The position numbers and the translations under genes were made by a program. Shown one piece after another: positions 44,201 through 58,043 of a DNA stretch of 64,000 nucleotides (position 1 is the first letter of the stretch; every line of letters starts with the position of its first letter). This DNA comes from Blastocladiella emersonii ATCC 22665. Its lineage: Eukaryota > Fungi > Blastocladiomycota. The DNA lies in contig JANHCV010000006.1 of the NCBI GenBank assembly GCA_025594325.1, forward strand, positions 124,001 to 188,000, read 5' to 3'. Under the pieces are notes generated by a model. It was not told the DNA's origin, did not search any database, and was given only the letters and a program-made list of their open reading frames with translations.

Positions 44201-47200
44201 CTAGCGCGTCAACGGAAACCGTTTTTTGAGCTCCTCCACTGTGGTCTGATCGTGTCCAAGGTTCGGAAACAAGGGCAGCAGGAGGGCCCTCTCAAAGACA
44301 ATCCCGAACTGGCGGAGCAGTTCTGCGTTCGACGCTGTCTCTTGCTGCCGGCGCTCTTCCTCGTCCAACTGCGCGTAGTTGTGGCCCATTGGTCGAGATG
44401 CATTCGGTGCGAGTCGCGTTTTGTCCACAACCGCGCGATGCGCGAAATCAAGGTACTCGCAAAGAGGGACAAGAATGTCAGCTGGAACGTCAACAACGCG
44501 CGGTGCATTGTCGGAAGCCCCGCGAATGACGCGGGCCAAGAGCTCCTCACGCGTCGCGATTGCATCGCGCGAGTTTGACATCGCTCCAACCAGGACGCGG
44601 ACCACGGTGACATCCAGCGCAAGACTCGCCGCGTTGGCCTTGCCGTGGGGCGGGACGGCGACTATCCCATGCCACTGGACGAGACCAACAACCGTACCGC
44701 CGCTGACAAGCTTAAAGCAGACATGCATTTTCATTCCAAGCACCAGCGTGTTGAAAAACCACCTGAGCCAGTTTGCCTGCCACAGGCTCACCGGCAAAGT
44801 GGCTGGCCGGCGCAGCGGAAGGAGTTGAGTTGGAAGGCCCAGCAAGCGGCGCTCGCTTGGCAAGCGCATAAACGCAAGGCACATGGAAGCGACGGCCACA
44901 TGAAGCGGCAGTGGTATTGAGACCGAATTGACCGGTTCAACAGCCATGCGCGGAACAAGTGGACCAAGACCAAGCGACGGGACCACAGTTCCCGGAATCA
45001 GATCAATCAACACAGTCGCGCGCTGGAGCTTCTGCTCAACCTTGACGCTCCGCGCGCGGCACGGGCAGGGCAGCACCAGCGTCGCGACCTTGCCGTTGAT
45101 GCGCAGGGCGAGTTTGCCGCGGTGCTGCGCAAGCTCCGCGGCAGAGACGAGTGAAATCTTGACCCGCTTCTTGGCACTCGGAAGCGCAAGGACGAGACGC
45201 AGCGTCTTCTCGTCATCGTACGCCAAGAACTGGATAGGAAGCGGCCATTTGCATGACTTGGGCGAAGGTCCGGTCGCCGCGTCGGCCATCATCGCGCGCA
45301 GCGGGCCCCACATGTCGCTGAGCGCAACTTTGGTCGTCACGACGAACGGGCTGGCAAGCGGAAGCCGATCGCGGGAGATGGTGTGCGTCGCGCTTTCAAC
45401 AAGTTGGCTGCCAAGTTCAACGGTCTGAACGGGAATCGCGCCGAGCGAAAAGCTGGCTTGGTCTGCAAGTTCGGGCGTTTCGAAAAAAGCTGGCAGAATG
45501 TACCACAAAACATTGATCCGCTGGTTCCCGTGGTCGTAAGTGGCACGCAAGGAGGAATAGCGAGTGGGCTCCGGGTCATCAAGCGTGTGAACCAGAACGA
45601 CAAGCGAGCTGAGCGGGAAAAGAAGCTGGCCGTCCACTGAAAAGCTGGCATCGACTCGGACGATTTCGGCGGACTTGGCTAACCAGTTTGACTGCGCACT
45701 GAGGGCTTGGATTGCAAGCTGCGAACTGAAATCAGGCATTCCGCCGATTACCGCATCGCTTTTGAACATCGTGTCCACAAGGGCTCCAATGTCCAGGAAG
45801 GGAAGCGACGTGGAAGGCGTGGCACCCAGCCATACGATTCGCCGCGAGGCGAGCGCGTAAGAAACGAGCTTGGTGCACAGGTCAGCCGTGGCGAAGCTCC
45901 CAGCTACATTCAGCGAGAAAAAAAAATAGTCAAGTTAGCGTCCACTCCCCCGAGTCTTGACAGCGGCTCGAAAACTGCACCTTTCGTGAACTTGCGCGGG
46001 ACGCCTGCCACTGGACAGCGCTCCACCAGTGAAACGATCGTCATGATTCCATAAACGAGGTCGAGGGAGCTTTCAAGGGCAACAGGAACTGCCGGTGGAT
46101 CAACATGGGCGAAGGTGAAGCTTGCGTAAGGCAGGATTCGCTGCCCGAAGCGGCGATTGTACAAAAACGGGTGAGTTTGCGCGGCCCAGCGGTCATCGAC
46201 TGGCTGCTCGACAAGTGTGACGCCAAACACAAGCGGGAGAAGCGAAGGCGCGGGCACGTGGACAAGTTGCAGGAAAACAGACTGCGGCGACGCGTGGCGC
46301 AACGCGTGGGCGGAGCAAGCGTGAAGCAGCGACCGTTCGCCGTCGGCACATCCGCGCTTCAAGAGCGGGGATCCGAGGGTGACAAGGGTAAGCAGCCCGC
46401 AAGTGTCCATGAGCGAGGAAGTATCGATGACGTTGAAGCGCCGAGCAGGATCGATTAGGAATCGGTCGAGCAAGAGAACCGCGTTGTCCCGGACAAACTC
46501 GATTTGGTTGCGAGAAGGATCGCGAAGCCCAGCAAAGAGCGCACGGCACCAACGCGTGATCTCGACCAGCATTTCCTCGTCCAAGTGGTTACCTGCGAGA
46601 AAGAAGCCAGTGTGCGGGACCAGCGATTCGGGAGCAACACGATTGCGCGCGGTACCGTCCGACGCCACGCCGAAAAACGTTGGGTTCACGGCCAGGTTCG
46701 AGCCGCGCGTGAAGTGGGTTCCAGTCTCGACGGCACGATCAATTTCGCAGTGCCCCTGCGCCCACAGGGAAGCTTTGACGGTGTCCTGGCAGCTGTCGTA
46801 AATGGACGAAAACGCCGTTTGAGCAGTTGCCGAGGCCGTGTCAGAGTCACGCGAGTCGACCTCGGGCCCGCCCGCCGTCGCTGAAGCACGCTGAAGCCAT
46901 GCGCGCCAGCACGCTCGAACGTCGCGAAGAGTCGCCTCGTCTTGAACGCGGAAAGCGAGTCCGGGGTTGATCCAGTCGATTTCGATGCACGCGCGCACCT
47001 GGGCAAGCCAAAAGTCAAGGACATCACGCTCCAGCCGAGCAGAAAACCACAGCTGCGCGACGGAGCGAGCGGTGCGATCGGACGGCGACTCGTTGGAGCA
47101 AGTGGTGTAGAGGATGAGTAGCGCGCGAGCGATAGGTTCGGGACGGATGTCATGTAGCAAGAAACGCATACTAGCGAGGGACCCCTTGCGCTCCGCGTCA

Positions 47201-47490
47201 AGCAAGGTGCGCGCAACGGAGCGCAGGTCGTTGAAACCACAAAGCAGCGCCTTGAGCTCGACCTCGGCATTGCTGGCATCGTGGAAGAGGAAGACGTCGC
47301 TCGCGTAGGTGTCGCGGTACGGCTGGAAGGGACCGCCGTCGTCGCGCTCCGCCAGGGTCGCCGACACCTGGGTCCGCATAGGTTGCATGGAGTGTTTTTC
47401 GGTTTCTTTCATTTCATACGATACATGGTCGGCGTGGTCGGAGAGCTCTGGTTGAGCAACGCGAAAGGAACGAACAAGGTTTGACGCCAC
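44201..47490 (-). CDS. DUF4470-domain protein (probable intron ~45991-45904)
   Basis: LKALLCGFNDLRSVARTL...FLLHDIRPEPIARALLIL...AQLWF and RFNVIDTSSLMDTCGLLTL typical of DUF4470 proteins. Intron with branch GCTAAC; donor choice (GTTCAC) inferred from frame. Confidence 0.6.
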
Positions 47491-47985
47491 GAATGATGCT
47501 CACGTGGGTCGACCGTGACTGTCTCGCACGACGCGTCTCACAAAACGCGTCGCGAGACGTCCGCGGCGTTGGCGGGACCCGTGCGCGTTTTTCGTACGCC
47601 GCTTCGAGATTGAGTGCGCCGTGCGCGTCGCCATGGTGGTCGCGGAGCTGGTCGGCATAGTGCGCGGGCTCCATGCCACGGTCGCGCTCGCCAACCTCGT
47701 AGCCTGGCGGGCGACGTCGCTTGCGCTTCAGGGCGGGACCGAGCCGCTCGCGCGGAGGACGTCGCGTCGCTTCATACGAAACACGGCGAGGCCGACGCTG
47801 CTTGCGAAGTGCAGGTCGTATACCCCGATCGTTGCTGTCTCGCAGGTCGTGCGACACATCGATGTGTCGACATTTGGAGGCTTGCCTGCACCTCAACCCA
47901 ACCAGACTGTACAGTGAGATGATACTTGTATACGTGATATAATCCAAAACCCCGTCCAGGGGACCCGTCCCCGCCAATGCTCGCC

Positions 47986-50040
47986 TCAGTAGTCGTACCC
48001 GCACCGGTCATCACCCGACGGCCGCCGCGTGTACTGCTGCTGCTGGCCCGCCGCGAGCCGGTTCGGGTTCGCGTACCGCGACGCCGAACCGGTCGCCGCC
48101 GGCGGCGGCTGCCGCGGTCCGCTCGAGTGCCCGGCGTCCTGGTCGCCGCCGTAGTACCGCTGCGGTTGCTGCTGCTGAGGCTGGCGGTCGTAGCCCGACC
48201 GAGATGGCGGAGGCGCGGAACGGTCGTAGTCGGACCGCGCGGGTGGCGTGGACCAGTCGTAGTCACGGTCGGGGTAGCCGGACCGCGCGGGCGGCGTGGA
48301 CCGGTCATATTCACGATCGGGATACCCGGACCGCGCAGGCGGCGTGGCCCGGTCGTACTCGCGGTCGTAGCCCTGGTCGTACGCCGAGCGCGCGGGCGGC
48401 GCAGCGCGGTCGTACTCGCGCCCCTGGCCGCCGCCGCCGTACGGCGACTCGGTGCGCGGACTGCTGGGCCCCTGGCCGTAGTACCGTGGCGATGGCGGCT
48501 CGCCGCGCGGGGACCGGGGCCCGCTGTTGTTGTAGTAGGGCTGCTTGATGTCCGAGCTGGGCGTGCCGAGGTGGCGCGGCCCGCTGCCGGCGGTACTGCC
48601 GGGTGTGCGGTCCCAGGTGGGCAGCGAGCCCGCGTCGAGGCGCGCGGCGGACAGGCTCGGGCTCGGGAGCTCGCCGAGGGTCATGTCGACGGGTCGGCGC
48701 GGGCGCGATGGTGGGGCCGTCGAGTGCATGGACCGCGAGCCGGTACCTGTACCCGAGTCGCGGCGGGTCATCGGGTAGCCCGAGTCGGCGGGCGGTTTCG
48801 CGTCCTTGGAGATGGACGAGGACGAGGCGGCGGGGGCCATGTTGACGTGGTTGTCCTGCTTGAGCTTGACGGAGGCGAGGCCGAAGAGGGCGATGAAGAG
48901 GATCCAGGTGGCGAGGTAGCCGCCCTTGAGCCCCCACCCGTCGGGCGTGTAGAGGTCGAGGCCGAGGTAGATGTTGGCGGGCCCGCCGATGGCGAGGATG
49001 TAGCCGAGGACCCAGTGAGCGCGGTCGCGGATCGGAATCGCGGTGCGGGCCGGGTCGAAGAGGTAGTTGATGGCGACGCCGAGCAGGATCTGCAGCCACA
49101 TGGCCGAGAAGACGACGAGGCCGAGAGTGCCGTGGATCGTGTTGAAGAAGTGGGCGCCCGAGGGGACGTAATTGAAGACGACGACGAAGCCCGCGATGTT
49201 GAGGCCAAGGAGCACCAGCATCGCGCCCCAGTGGATGCGGAACCACCACTCGCCGAGCCGCGACTTCATGAAGCGCGCGACGAAGATGGCCAGGTAGCTG
49301 AGAAAACCCCACGCGGCGGTCATGCACACGGCGTGGATCAGGATCACCGTGTCGCGCGACATGCCCGAGTCGACGATCACGTCGTCGGCGGGCGCCTTGG
49401 CGCCGGCGCTGCCGGCCTTGGTTGGGTCGGCAGGCGCAGCGGTGGCGCCGGGAGCAGGCGCGGGCGCGGGCGGGTCGGGGACGAGTGCGTTGTAGGTGAA
49501 CCGGTCGTAGGCGGAGTGGATGGTGAAGGTCGGTGCGCGGTCGCTGACGACGACGGGGTCCTTGGAGATGGCCCAGATGTACTGCTGGTCCTTCTTCTCG
49601 AACGGGTAGTCGGCGCCCTTCTCCTGCGTGTCGATGGCGCGGCGGATGGTGACGACGTTCTTGCGGTCGACGACGGCGGCGGACACGACGGCCCAGTCCT
49701 GCTTGACGTCGACACGCGGGACGGCGTGGCCCGAGGCGAATCTGTCCGAGACCTGGGCGGCGGTGCCCTTGCTCGTCTCCTGCATCCACACCATGACGAC
49801 GTCGGCGTTGGCCATGGTGCCCGACGGCGAGAGGCCGAAGCTGACCCAGCCGGCCGTGGCGAAGGTCACGGTCCAGTCGACGTCGGTGCCGTTGACGGCG
49901 GCCTTGAGGCACAGCGACCGGTCGCGGTTGCACCAGGTCGGCGCGGCGCGCGCGGGCGTCGCGGCGCCGAGGAGGAGCGCGAGGGCCACGGTCGCGAGCA
50001 GCGCCGCGGCGATCGGCGAGTGGGGTGGTGTCGATCGCAT
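47986..50040 (-). CDS. DOMON + cytochrome b561 membrane protein with repetitive C-tail (684 aa, intronless)
   Basis: Signal peptide; DOMON GWVSFGLSPSGTMANADVVMVW...TIHS; b561 helices with four His (LIHAVCM, FRIHW, TIHGTLG, RAHWVLG). Confidence 0.88.
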   Translation of the reverse strand: MRSTPPHSPIAAALLATVALALLLGAATPARAAPTWCNRDRSLCLKAAVNGTDVDWTVTFATAGWVSFGLSPSGTMANADVVMVWMQETSKGTAAQVSDRFASGHAVPRVDVKQDWAVVSAAVVDRKNVVTIRRAIDTQEKGADYPFEKKDQQYIWAISKDPVVVSDRAPTFTIHSAYDRFTYNALVPDPPAPAPAPGATAAPADPTKAGSAGAKAPADDVIVDSGMSRDTVILIHAVCMTAAWGFLSYLAIFVARFMKSRLGEWWFRIHWGAMLVLLGLNIAGFVVVFNYVPSGAHFFNTIHGTLGLVVFSAMWLQILLGVAINYLFDPARTAIPIRDRAHWVLGYILAIGGPANIYLGLDLYTPDGWGLKGGYLATWILFIALFGLASVKLKQDNHVNMAPAASSSSISKDAKPPADSGYPMTRRDSGTGTGSRSMHSTAPPSRPRRPVDMTLGELPSPSLSAARLDAGSLPTWDRTPGSTAGSGPRHLGTPSSDIKQPYYNNSGPRSPRGEPPSPRYYGQGPSSPRTESPYGGGGQGREYDRAAPPARSAYDQGYDREYDRATPPARSGYPDREYDRSTPPARSGYPDRDYDWSTPPARSDYDRSAPPPSRSGYDRQPQQQQPQRYYGGDQDAGHSSGPRQPPPAATGSASRYANPNRLAAGQQQQYTRRPSGDDRCGYDY
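48185..48418. repeat. In-frame peptide tandem repeat YDR[AS][AT]PPARS(GYPDRE), about 5 units
   Basis: YDRAAPPARSAYDQGYDREYDRATPPARSGYPDREYDRSTPPARSGYPDRDYDWSTPPARSDYDRSAPPPSRSGYDR. Confidence 0.8.
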
Positions 50041-50620
50041 TGTAGTGATGGGGAGGGGAGGGTACGGGCAGCAGTCTATGGATGGCCGCGGCGCAGTCGC
50101 AGCAACTGCAAGGAGGAGATCTAAGGTGGCTCTAAGGGAGAGAGAAGTCGTCTAGAAGGAGCGGGGCGGCGCAGTGGCGGCGAGCTGCATCCGCGCGAGC
50201 GAGCGATGGGTCGAGGAACAAGCAAGACGGTCGCGCGCGTCGTCGGCTGCCGCGAGTCGGGAGAGCGAGGGTTGGCGGCGGAGGTCCCTGCACGCACGGA
50301 GGGCCCGATCAGCGCGAGGAGTATCGTCGGCGGAGCGGCGCAGTCGCCAAGGGACCGCCGGCCGGCAAGGTCGACGGCGTGGGCGTGCGTCGGCGGCGGC
50401 GGCGTCAGCAGAGTCGGCCGCGGCGGCGGTGGCGCCCCTCGGCGCGCGCTGATTGGCGGGCGGGCCCACGCTGCCGCGTTCTGGAATGCGCGCCACCACG
50501 TGCCGCGCGTCACTCCGCCCGACGCCGCGATCGGCGCGTCTCGTCCGCTCTCCTCTCGCCCTCCGCATCGACCCACAGAGCCGCTGAGCCACGCTAAACT
50601 ACATGCATTGAACCCGGAAC

Positions 50621-53600
50621 ATGGTCACCCACGCCTCGGGCCGCACGTCGGCCGCGCCGACCGCCATCACCGAGGAGCGCCTCGTCCTGCTACAGCGCCT
50701 CGTCGAGCACCTGATCCCCGACGACCCCGTCAAGCGCGCCCGCGGGTTCGCCCAGGCTAATCGCACGCTGCAGCGCACCTGGGCTTTTGGGTTGGTACAC
50801 GCGAGCTCTGATGTTGAGACTCTGAGCGAGCGATGGGTGCTGACGCGACGCCGACCCGGACAGGATCAATGAGACGACCATCTGGAACCAGCTCGAGGGG
50901 TATGCTCCTCCGTCTGTCATGTGTTATGCCGTGGATGCTGACGACCGCGACAGGATCGAGACCAAACTCAGGCTATGGGGCTACGTCGAGGCCGCCGACT
51001 ACCTCCGCTCGCTCATCAACAAGCTCGTCGCGCCGCCCTCGTCATCTTTACTCGACCATGTATGCTGCCCACCCCCGTCCCTTACCCGACTCCTCACTCA
51101 CCCGAACCCGCACACAGGAACGGACCATGTACGCAGTCCTCGACGTGATCCTCAACACGGCCCGCTCGCTCGAGCCCTCCGTCTTCAACCCGATCGTCGC
51201 GCGCGCCAAGCGGGACCGCGAGCGCACCGAGCCGCCCGACCCGCGCGCCGTTGAGCTCGACGAGCTGCGCCGCGAGCTCGCCCGCGACGCGCCGAGCCCC
51301 GTCAAGTACGACTACGACGCCGCCTCGCGCACCTCCGACTGGGCGAGCGACTCGGATGGGGAGCCCGATGCGGCTTCGCCAGATAACACAGCCCGGCCCG
51401 GTGAGCTGCCGCGGCGAAAGCTCGGTGACCTGGTGGAGGAGCCGAACGGCTCGGACCCGACCGCGTGGCTCGCGTACCTTGCCGCCGTGCAGTACTGGCA
51501 CCGCCGGCCCGCGCCACACCCGCCCGTCTCGTTTGCGCTCGAAGACCCGCACTCGCTCGCCCTCAGCCTCGCGTTCCGCCCGACCGACGACGACCCTGTC
51601 GCCGAATCGCTGCCCTTCAACCCGATCCTCGTCACCGAGGCCGAGGTCGCGCGCGAGTCGCTGTGGCTGCTGCGCGGGCTGCCGTGCGCGCTGTACGCCG
51701 AGGACACGACAACCCACGCCATCCGCGTTGTCAAGCGCGTCTCCGTGACCCACCTCGCCCAGGACACGCTGCTCGCGCTCATGACGCGGTTCGCGCTTCG
51801 CGCCGCCCGCATCAACGTGCTCCGCCGCCTCGCCGCAGAGCTGCGTCATCACGCCGACCCCGTCCTCGTCGCCCTCGCCGCCGGGACCGCCGCCGAGCTC
51901 GACCTGTTTGACCTGCACCTCGCCGACCTCGAGCGCAACTTGCAGCACCACTACATCTGGCAGCCCGCCGCCGCCCCGCCGCGCAAGGCGTCGCTGCTCA
52001 GCCTGCTGCAGGCGACCGCGACGCCATTTCTCGACGAGCTCGAATCAGTCGCCGGCGCGTGGACCGCGAGCACGCCCGGGACCGCGGTCGTCGATGCGGT
52101 CCACGAGCACGTCGTCGCGCGCCAGCTTACGCCCACGGCGGCCAACTGGCTCCGCCTGTTTCTGGGCGCCGCGCGCGCCGTGTGTACCCAGGTCGACGCG
52201 TGGCTCCGCGACGGGCGCGTCGTCTCGCCGTCGTTTTTCGTGCGCCGCGCGCTCCCCGACGGGGCCGGGGCCGCGGCGACGGAGGAGGACACGTGGCGCG
52301 CGGGGTTCCTCGTCGACGACGCCAAGGTGCCGCGGCTCCTGCGCGGCGTCCAGGCCGAGCTCGTGGTGCTGGGGAAGAGCACGGTCATGGCGACGCTCGC
52401 CGACGCGCGGCGCCCCGTCCCGACCGCCGCGTGCCCGCCCTTCTACACCGTCTTCGCCGACTACCTGCACGCGCACTGTGCGGACCCAAGCCGCATCACG
52501 CGCGAGCAGTGGGCGGCCGCCGCGTCGCCGTGGACATCCGACGACCTGCAGCTGTCCCGCCCACTCGACCGCGTGCTGGCCGACGCCGTGCGCGCGGCGC
52601 TCGGCGCGTTCACGGCGACGAGCATCGACGTGGTGCACTCGTTCGCGGTCGCGCACGGCCTGCACCGCCACATGCGCGCGCTGTCGGGCGTGTACCTCAT
52701 GGAGGACGGCGCGACGTGGGCCGACGTCTGCCGCGGCATCTTCCGCCGCGTGCGTGTGCGCGCCGAGTGGTGTACCGTCGACCGCCTCGCGGGGCTGCTC
52801 CTCGAGCCGTTGGCGGACGTGGTCAGGCGAAGCGGCGTGGAGGGGGAGGTGCTCGCGCTCGAGATCGTCGGCGCGCCCGCGATCCGGTCGGTCCATATCC
52901 AGTACCTCGCGCCGTGGCCCGTGCGCGCGCTCGTAGGGGATGAGCAGGTCGGCGGGTATAACTGCGTCATGGTCGCCCTGCTGTACCTGCGCCAGGCAAA
53001 GTATTTGCTCGAGGGCGACGGCGCGCTCGCGCGGATCCGACGGGTCCGGTCCCGCGAGTTTGACGCGATCCTCGCGCTCAGGCTCCGCCTGCTCCACTTT
53101 GTTCGCGCCATCGAGGCGTTCTGGATGGTCACGGTACGTCTATCGGTGTGGGTACGGGGGTATGAGTGCTGATTTTGTGTCCAGGTCATCGAGACGGAGC
53201 GGATCCGGTTCCGCGCCGAGCTCGACCGCGCGACGGCCATCGACTCGCTCATCGCCGCGCACCAGCAGTTTCTCGGCCGTGTCCTCGACAAGTCGTTGCT
53301 CAACGTACGCCCTCACCTCACCGCACCCTCCACACCTCCCTTCTCACCACTCACCTCGCGACCACGTAGACGCCCCCGCTCGCCGACGCTATCGGCCAGG
53401 TCTTTGGCCTGTGCTCGCAGTTCGCGGGCGTGTTCGACCACCTGCTGTGGCCGCAGGCCGCGGACGTGCGGCTCACGGCGCGCACGGTCGAGGTGCGCCG
53501 CGAGCTCGTCGCCAAGCTCGAGTCCATCCGCGACACGTTCGACTCGCTGTCGAGCTTCCTCGTCCGGTCGCTCGAGGTCCTCACGACGCGCGGGAATATC

Positions 53601-53725
53601 GCGCACTGTACGTTTCTTTCGCGCTGTTGGTGACTCCGGCCGTGACTGACCTTGAGCGTGGGGGTGTAGTCGAGTCGCTCCTGTTCGCCCTGCAGCGGCC
53701 GGAGGCGACGAGCCGAGATGTGTGA
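50621..53725 (+). CDS. TUBGCP5: Gamma-tubulin complex component, probably GCP5 (multi-exon)
   Basis: QYW motif, VTEAEVARESLWLLRG, HMRALSGVYLMEDG, SVHIQYLAPWPVRALV...YNCVMVALLYLRQAK (GRIP domains). Several canonical introns; GCP5 rather than GCP6 is inferred. Confidence 0.75.
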
Positions 53726-53915
53726 GACAGAAATAGGACTCGACGCGTTACGTGCGCATCAGCCAGCCGCCTGATCTCACCGCGCGCGGTGATTGGCCGA
53801 GATCCTGCAGCCGTCACGGGGAGATACCGGCTATCGGGCGAGATCGGAGCGCGTCGTGTCACGCCGCACGTGCTATCTCGGCCCCGACTTCTCATCGCCT
53901 GCGGGCCGCGGAGGG

Positions 53916-53922
53916 TATAAAA
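53916..53922 (+). promoter_or_regulatory. TATA box of ARG4
   Basis: TATAAAA about 90 bp upstream of ATG 54009. Confidence 0.55.
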
Positions 53923-54008
53923 GGCGCGGGGGAGCCCCTGCTCTCGCGAACGAACGAACTGCACACTTGCAACGTATCAACCTCCCTCTACTACTTCCAC
54001 GAATCACG

Positions 54009-55675
<1,667 letters not shown>

Positions 55676-55778
55676 GGCGAGAGTGTATACAATTTATTCT
55701 CCTAGTACAGCGACGCGAGCGAGGGCAGGCAAATCTAGTCGGTCTATCGATTGTACAACAACAAAAGTCTCACAAGTT

Positions 55779-56611
55779 TTATATGCCGCCGATGGCCGAG
55801 ACCTCGCGGTGGCAGTCGACGCGGCCAGCGACGTCGCGGAACCGGGGCATCTTGAACAGCGAGTCGACGTCGCGCTCGTAGATGGTGAGGTGCTTGGGCT
55901 TGGGCCGCTGGAGTGGAACGACCTGCTCGCGGAGCGTGCGCGGGGTGCGGTTCGCGTGCGAACCTGACGCCGCCGCCGCGGCGTCGGCGCGCGCGCGCTC
56001 GGCCTCGAGCATGGCCATGTACTCGCGCTCGTAGTGGTCGGACATGAGCTTGGCGACGGGCGACGACGGGCGCGTCGGCTTGCCGTAGGTGAAGAGCGGG
56101 TCGGTGTCGCTCGGCAGCCGGCGCAGCGCGCGGCGGCCCGGCGTGCTGTGGTCAATCACCTTGACGCGGATCGGGTGCGTCTTGCGGTGCTCGTACTGCG
56201 CGCGCGGGTCCACGATCCCCTCGTGGATGCACTGCTTGTTCATGGCCACGTAGTCGAGCGCCGGTTCCGCGTTCTTCGACTTTTGCTTGGTCTGCCAGTT
56301 GGACAGGACTAGATGTGCGGGCGAGGGTCAGATCGTGGCCGATGCACACCCGCGAAGCGAGTCCCGCGCGTACCCTTGGCCGTGGTCTCGTCGGGCTTGC
56401 GGTCAACGCCGCGCCCGTACACGTGCTCGTTGGGCGGCAGCGTGTACGACGACGGCTTGGCCTTGCCGACCGGGTACTTGACGAGCAGCGTGTTGGGCTG
56501 CGCCTTGGTCGACGTCGGCCGCCCAAAGTCGGCGCCGTACGTCGTCACGGCCGTCGCCTTGGCGCTGCCGCGCCCGGATTTGTTCATTTTCGGCGCAGCG
56601 GGTCGGTTCAT
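55779..56611 (-). CDS. CFAP77: Cilia- and flagella-associated protein 77-like (exons 56611-56374, 56308-55779)
   Basis: VGKAKPSSYTLPPNEHVYG...NW...DYVAMNK...HPIR...YGKPTRPSSPVAKLMSDHY matches the CFAP77 pattern; canonical 65-nt intron. Confidence 0.75.
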
Positions 56612-58043
56612 GGGGGAGTGTTGCAGCGAGTGCGCGTGAGTGCAAGAGGTGGAATTGCGAGGGGAGCAGAGTTTGGATCCGGGTGGGCGTGCTGAGGGTG
56701 GTGTCTCAAGAAGGCGCGAAAGCGAAACGAAACGCGTCTCGCGCGGGGTGCGAGACACTTTCGCGTCTCTGAAACGAACGAACGCGCGCACGTGGCGCGT
56801 GCAGCTGGGGTCGCGAATCGCGCGTTCTCGCTCTCGCTCGCACCCCACCGACCTCCATGCATCTATAGACCAAATGACTTGCAGCAATGTATCGCTAGAC
56901 CGCTGAATTATGCGATGGACCGCGATTTTGATCGATCTGCGAGGGTCCGGCGGCACTCGAGAATCACACGCCCACCGCGCGGCACTCGTGTCGCCTGCTT
57001 TCCATCGCCCTCAGCGGATGATTGTGTTGGTGCTTGATCTCTACTCGCAGTCCCCATATTCCGCCGCAGTAGAATCGGCGCACGCGGCATCGATCTCGGC
57101 GCAGAAATTCAACAAGTGCCCGGTCGGCTTTTTTTGAAGTGCACCTCAGCCATGTAGGGGTTTGCTCTACCACGCCGTCCACTTTTTTGCTTTCCAAGCG
57201 GCTGCGCTCTCGGTCTCTCGAGCAACCACCGACAGCAAACGGTTTGGGCGCATGGAAACGTTTCGACAAGAAGCTCGCGCACGGTTTGGCGTGCACCCCG
57301 TGATTGGGTGTGTTGCACCAGCGACCGGATTCACGGAAGTCGTACTTGTACTGCTTCCGAGCTCCTCGCACACTAGATGGCCAAGCAGACTAGTTTCTAA
57401 TCGTCAACGCCGCCGACGCAGCCCTCACACGTTCGCTGTGGCAGCGGTACGCTAGACCTGATCCGGTCCGTGATCGCGCGCACGCGTCGGCGCCGCTCCT
57501 TGTCCCGCGATTTACCTCGCTTCGTGCCCGAATGACCCATGTCGCTCTCGCCTGCTTGCGCGCTCTTCATGCGCCCTGATAACGCAGTTGCGAGCACTGG
57601 GTCGTCTTGGCGTGATGGTGGGCTGAGCCCTTTGACGCGGAAGTTGAAGCCAACAAGCGCATGCGCGCGGTCAGGGATCGCTCTGGTTTGGACGTCAAGC
57701 TTGGAGCTGAAGGCCCAGGGGACCGAGACTAGGAACGGCTCCGTGGGCTGCTGCGAGACGACTCTGTCGCTCGAACCGCGCCTCAAAGCGGGCCTCGCTC
57801 GTGTTATCGCGAATAAAACTGTTGATGCTACTTGTTATCTTGATGGCCGGTCTACGGAACTGGCATGGGGCAGAGCCGTCACGAGAGGTGAGCGGGGTAA
57901 ACCATGGAGCAGCCTCGCTGTGGCCGGGTTGTCGCGGTGCGGGACACGAGGTGAGACACCGCTGATCTCGTCGTGATCGCTTGCTCCTCCCACCTCCTCC
58001 CCTTCACCTCGCTCAGTGCGACCCATGCAACAGATTTAACTCG

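Noticed and set aside
47977-50124. 715-aa plus-strand ORF (and similar long ORFs at 19459-21903 +, 6949-8190 -, 31456-32964 -, 28005-28664 +)
   Set aside because: Antisense shadows of high-GC3 coding sequence; Arg/Gly/Val-rich with no motifs.
56620-58040. Short ORFs upstream of CFAP77 (e.g. RRRRVRAITDRIR...CEGC)
   Set aside because: No consistent frame or full domain; treated as intergenic or decayed sequence.
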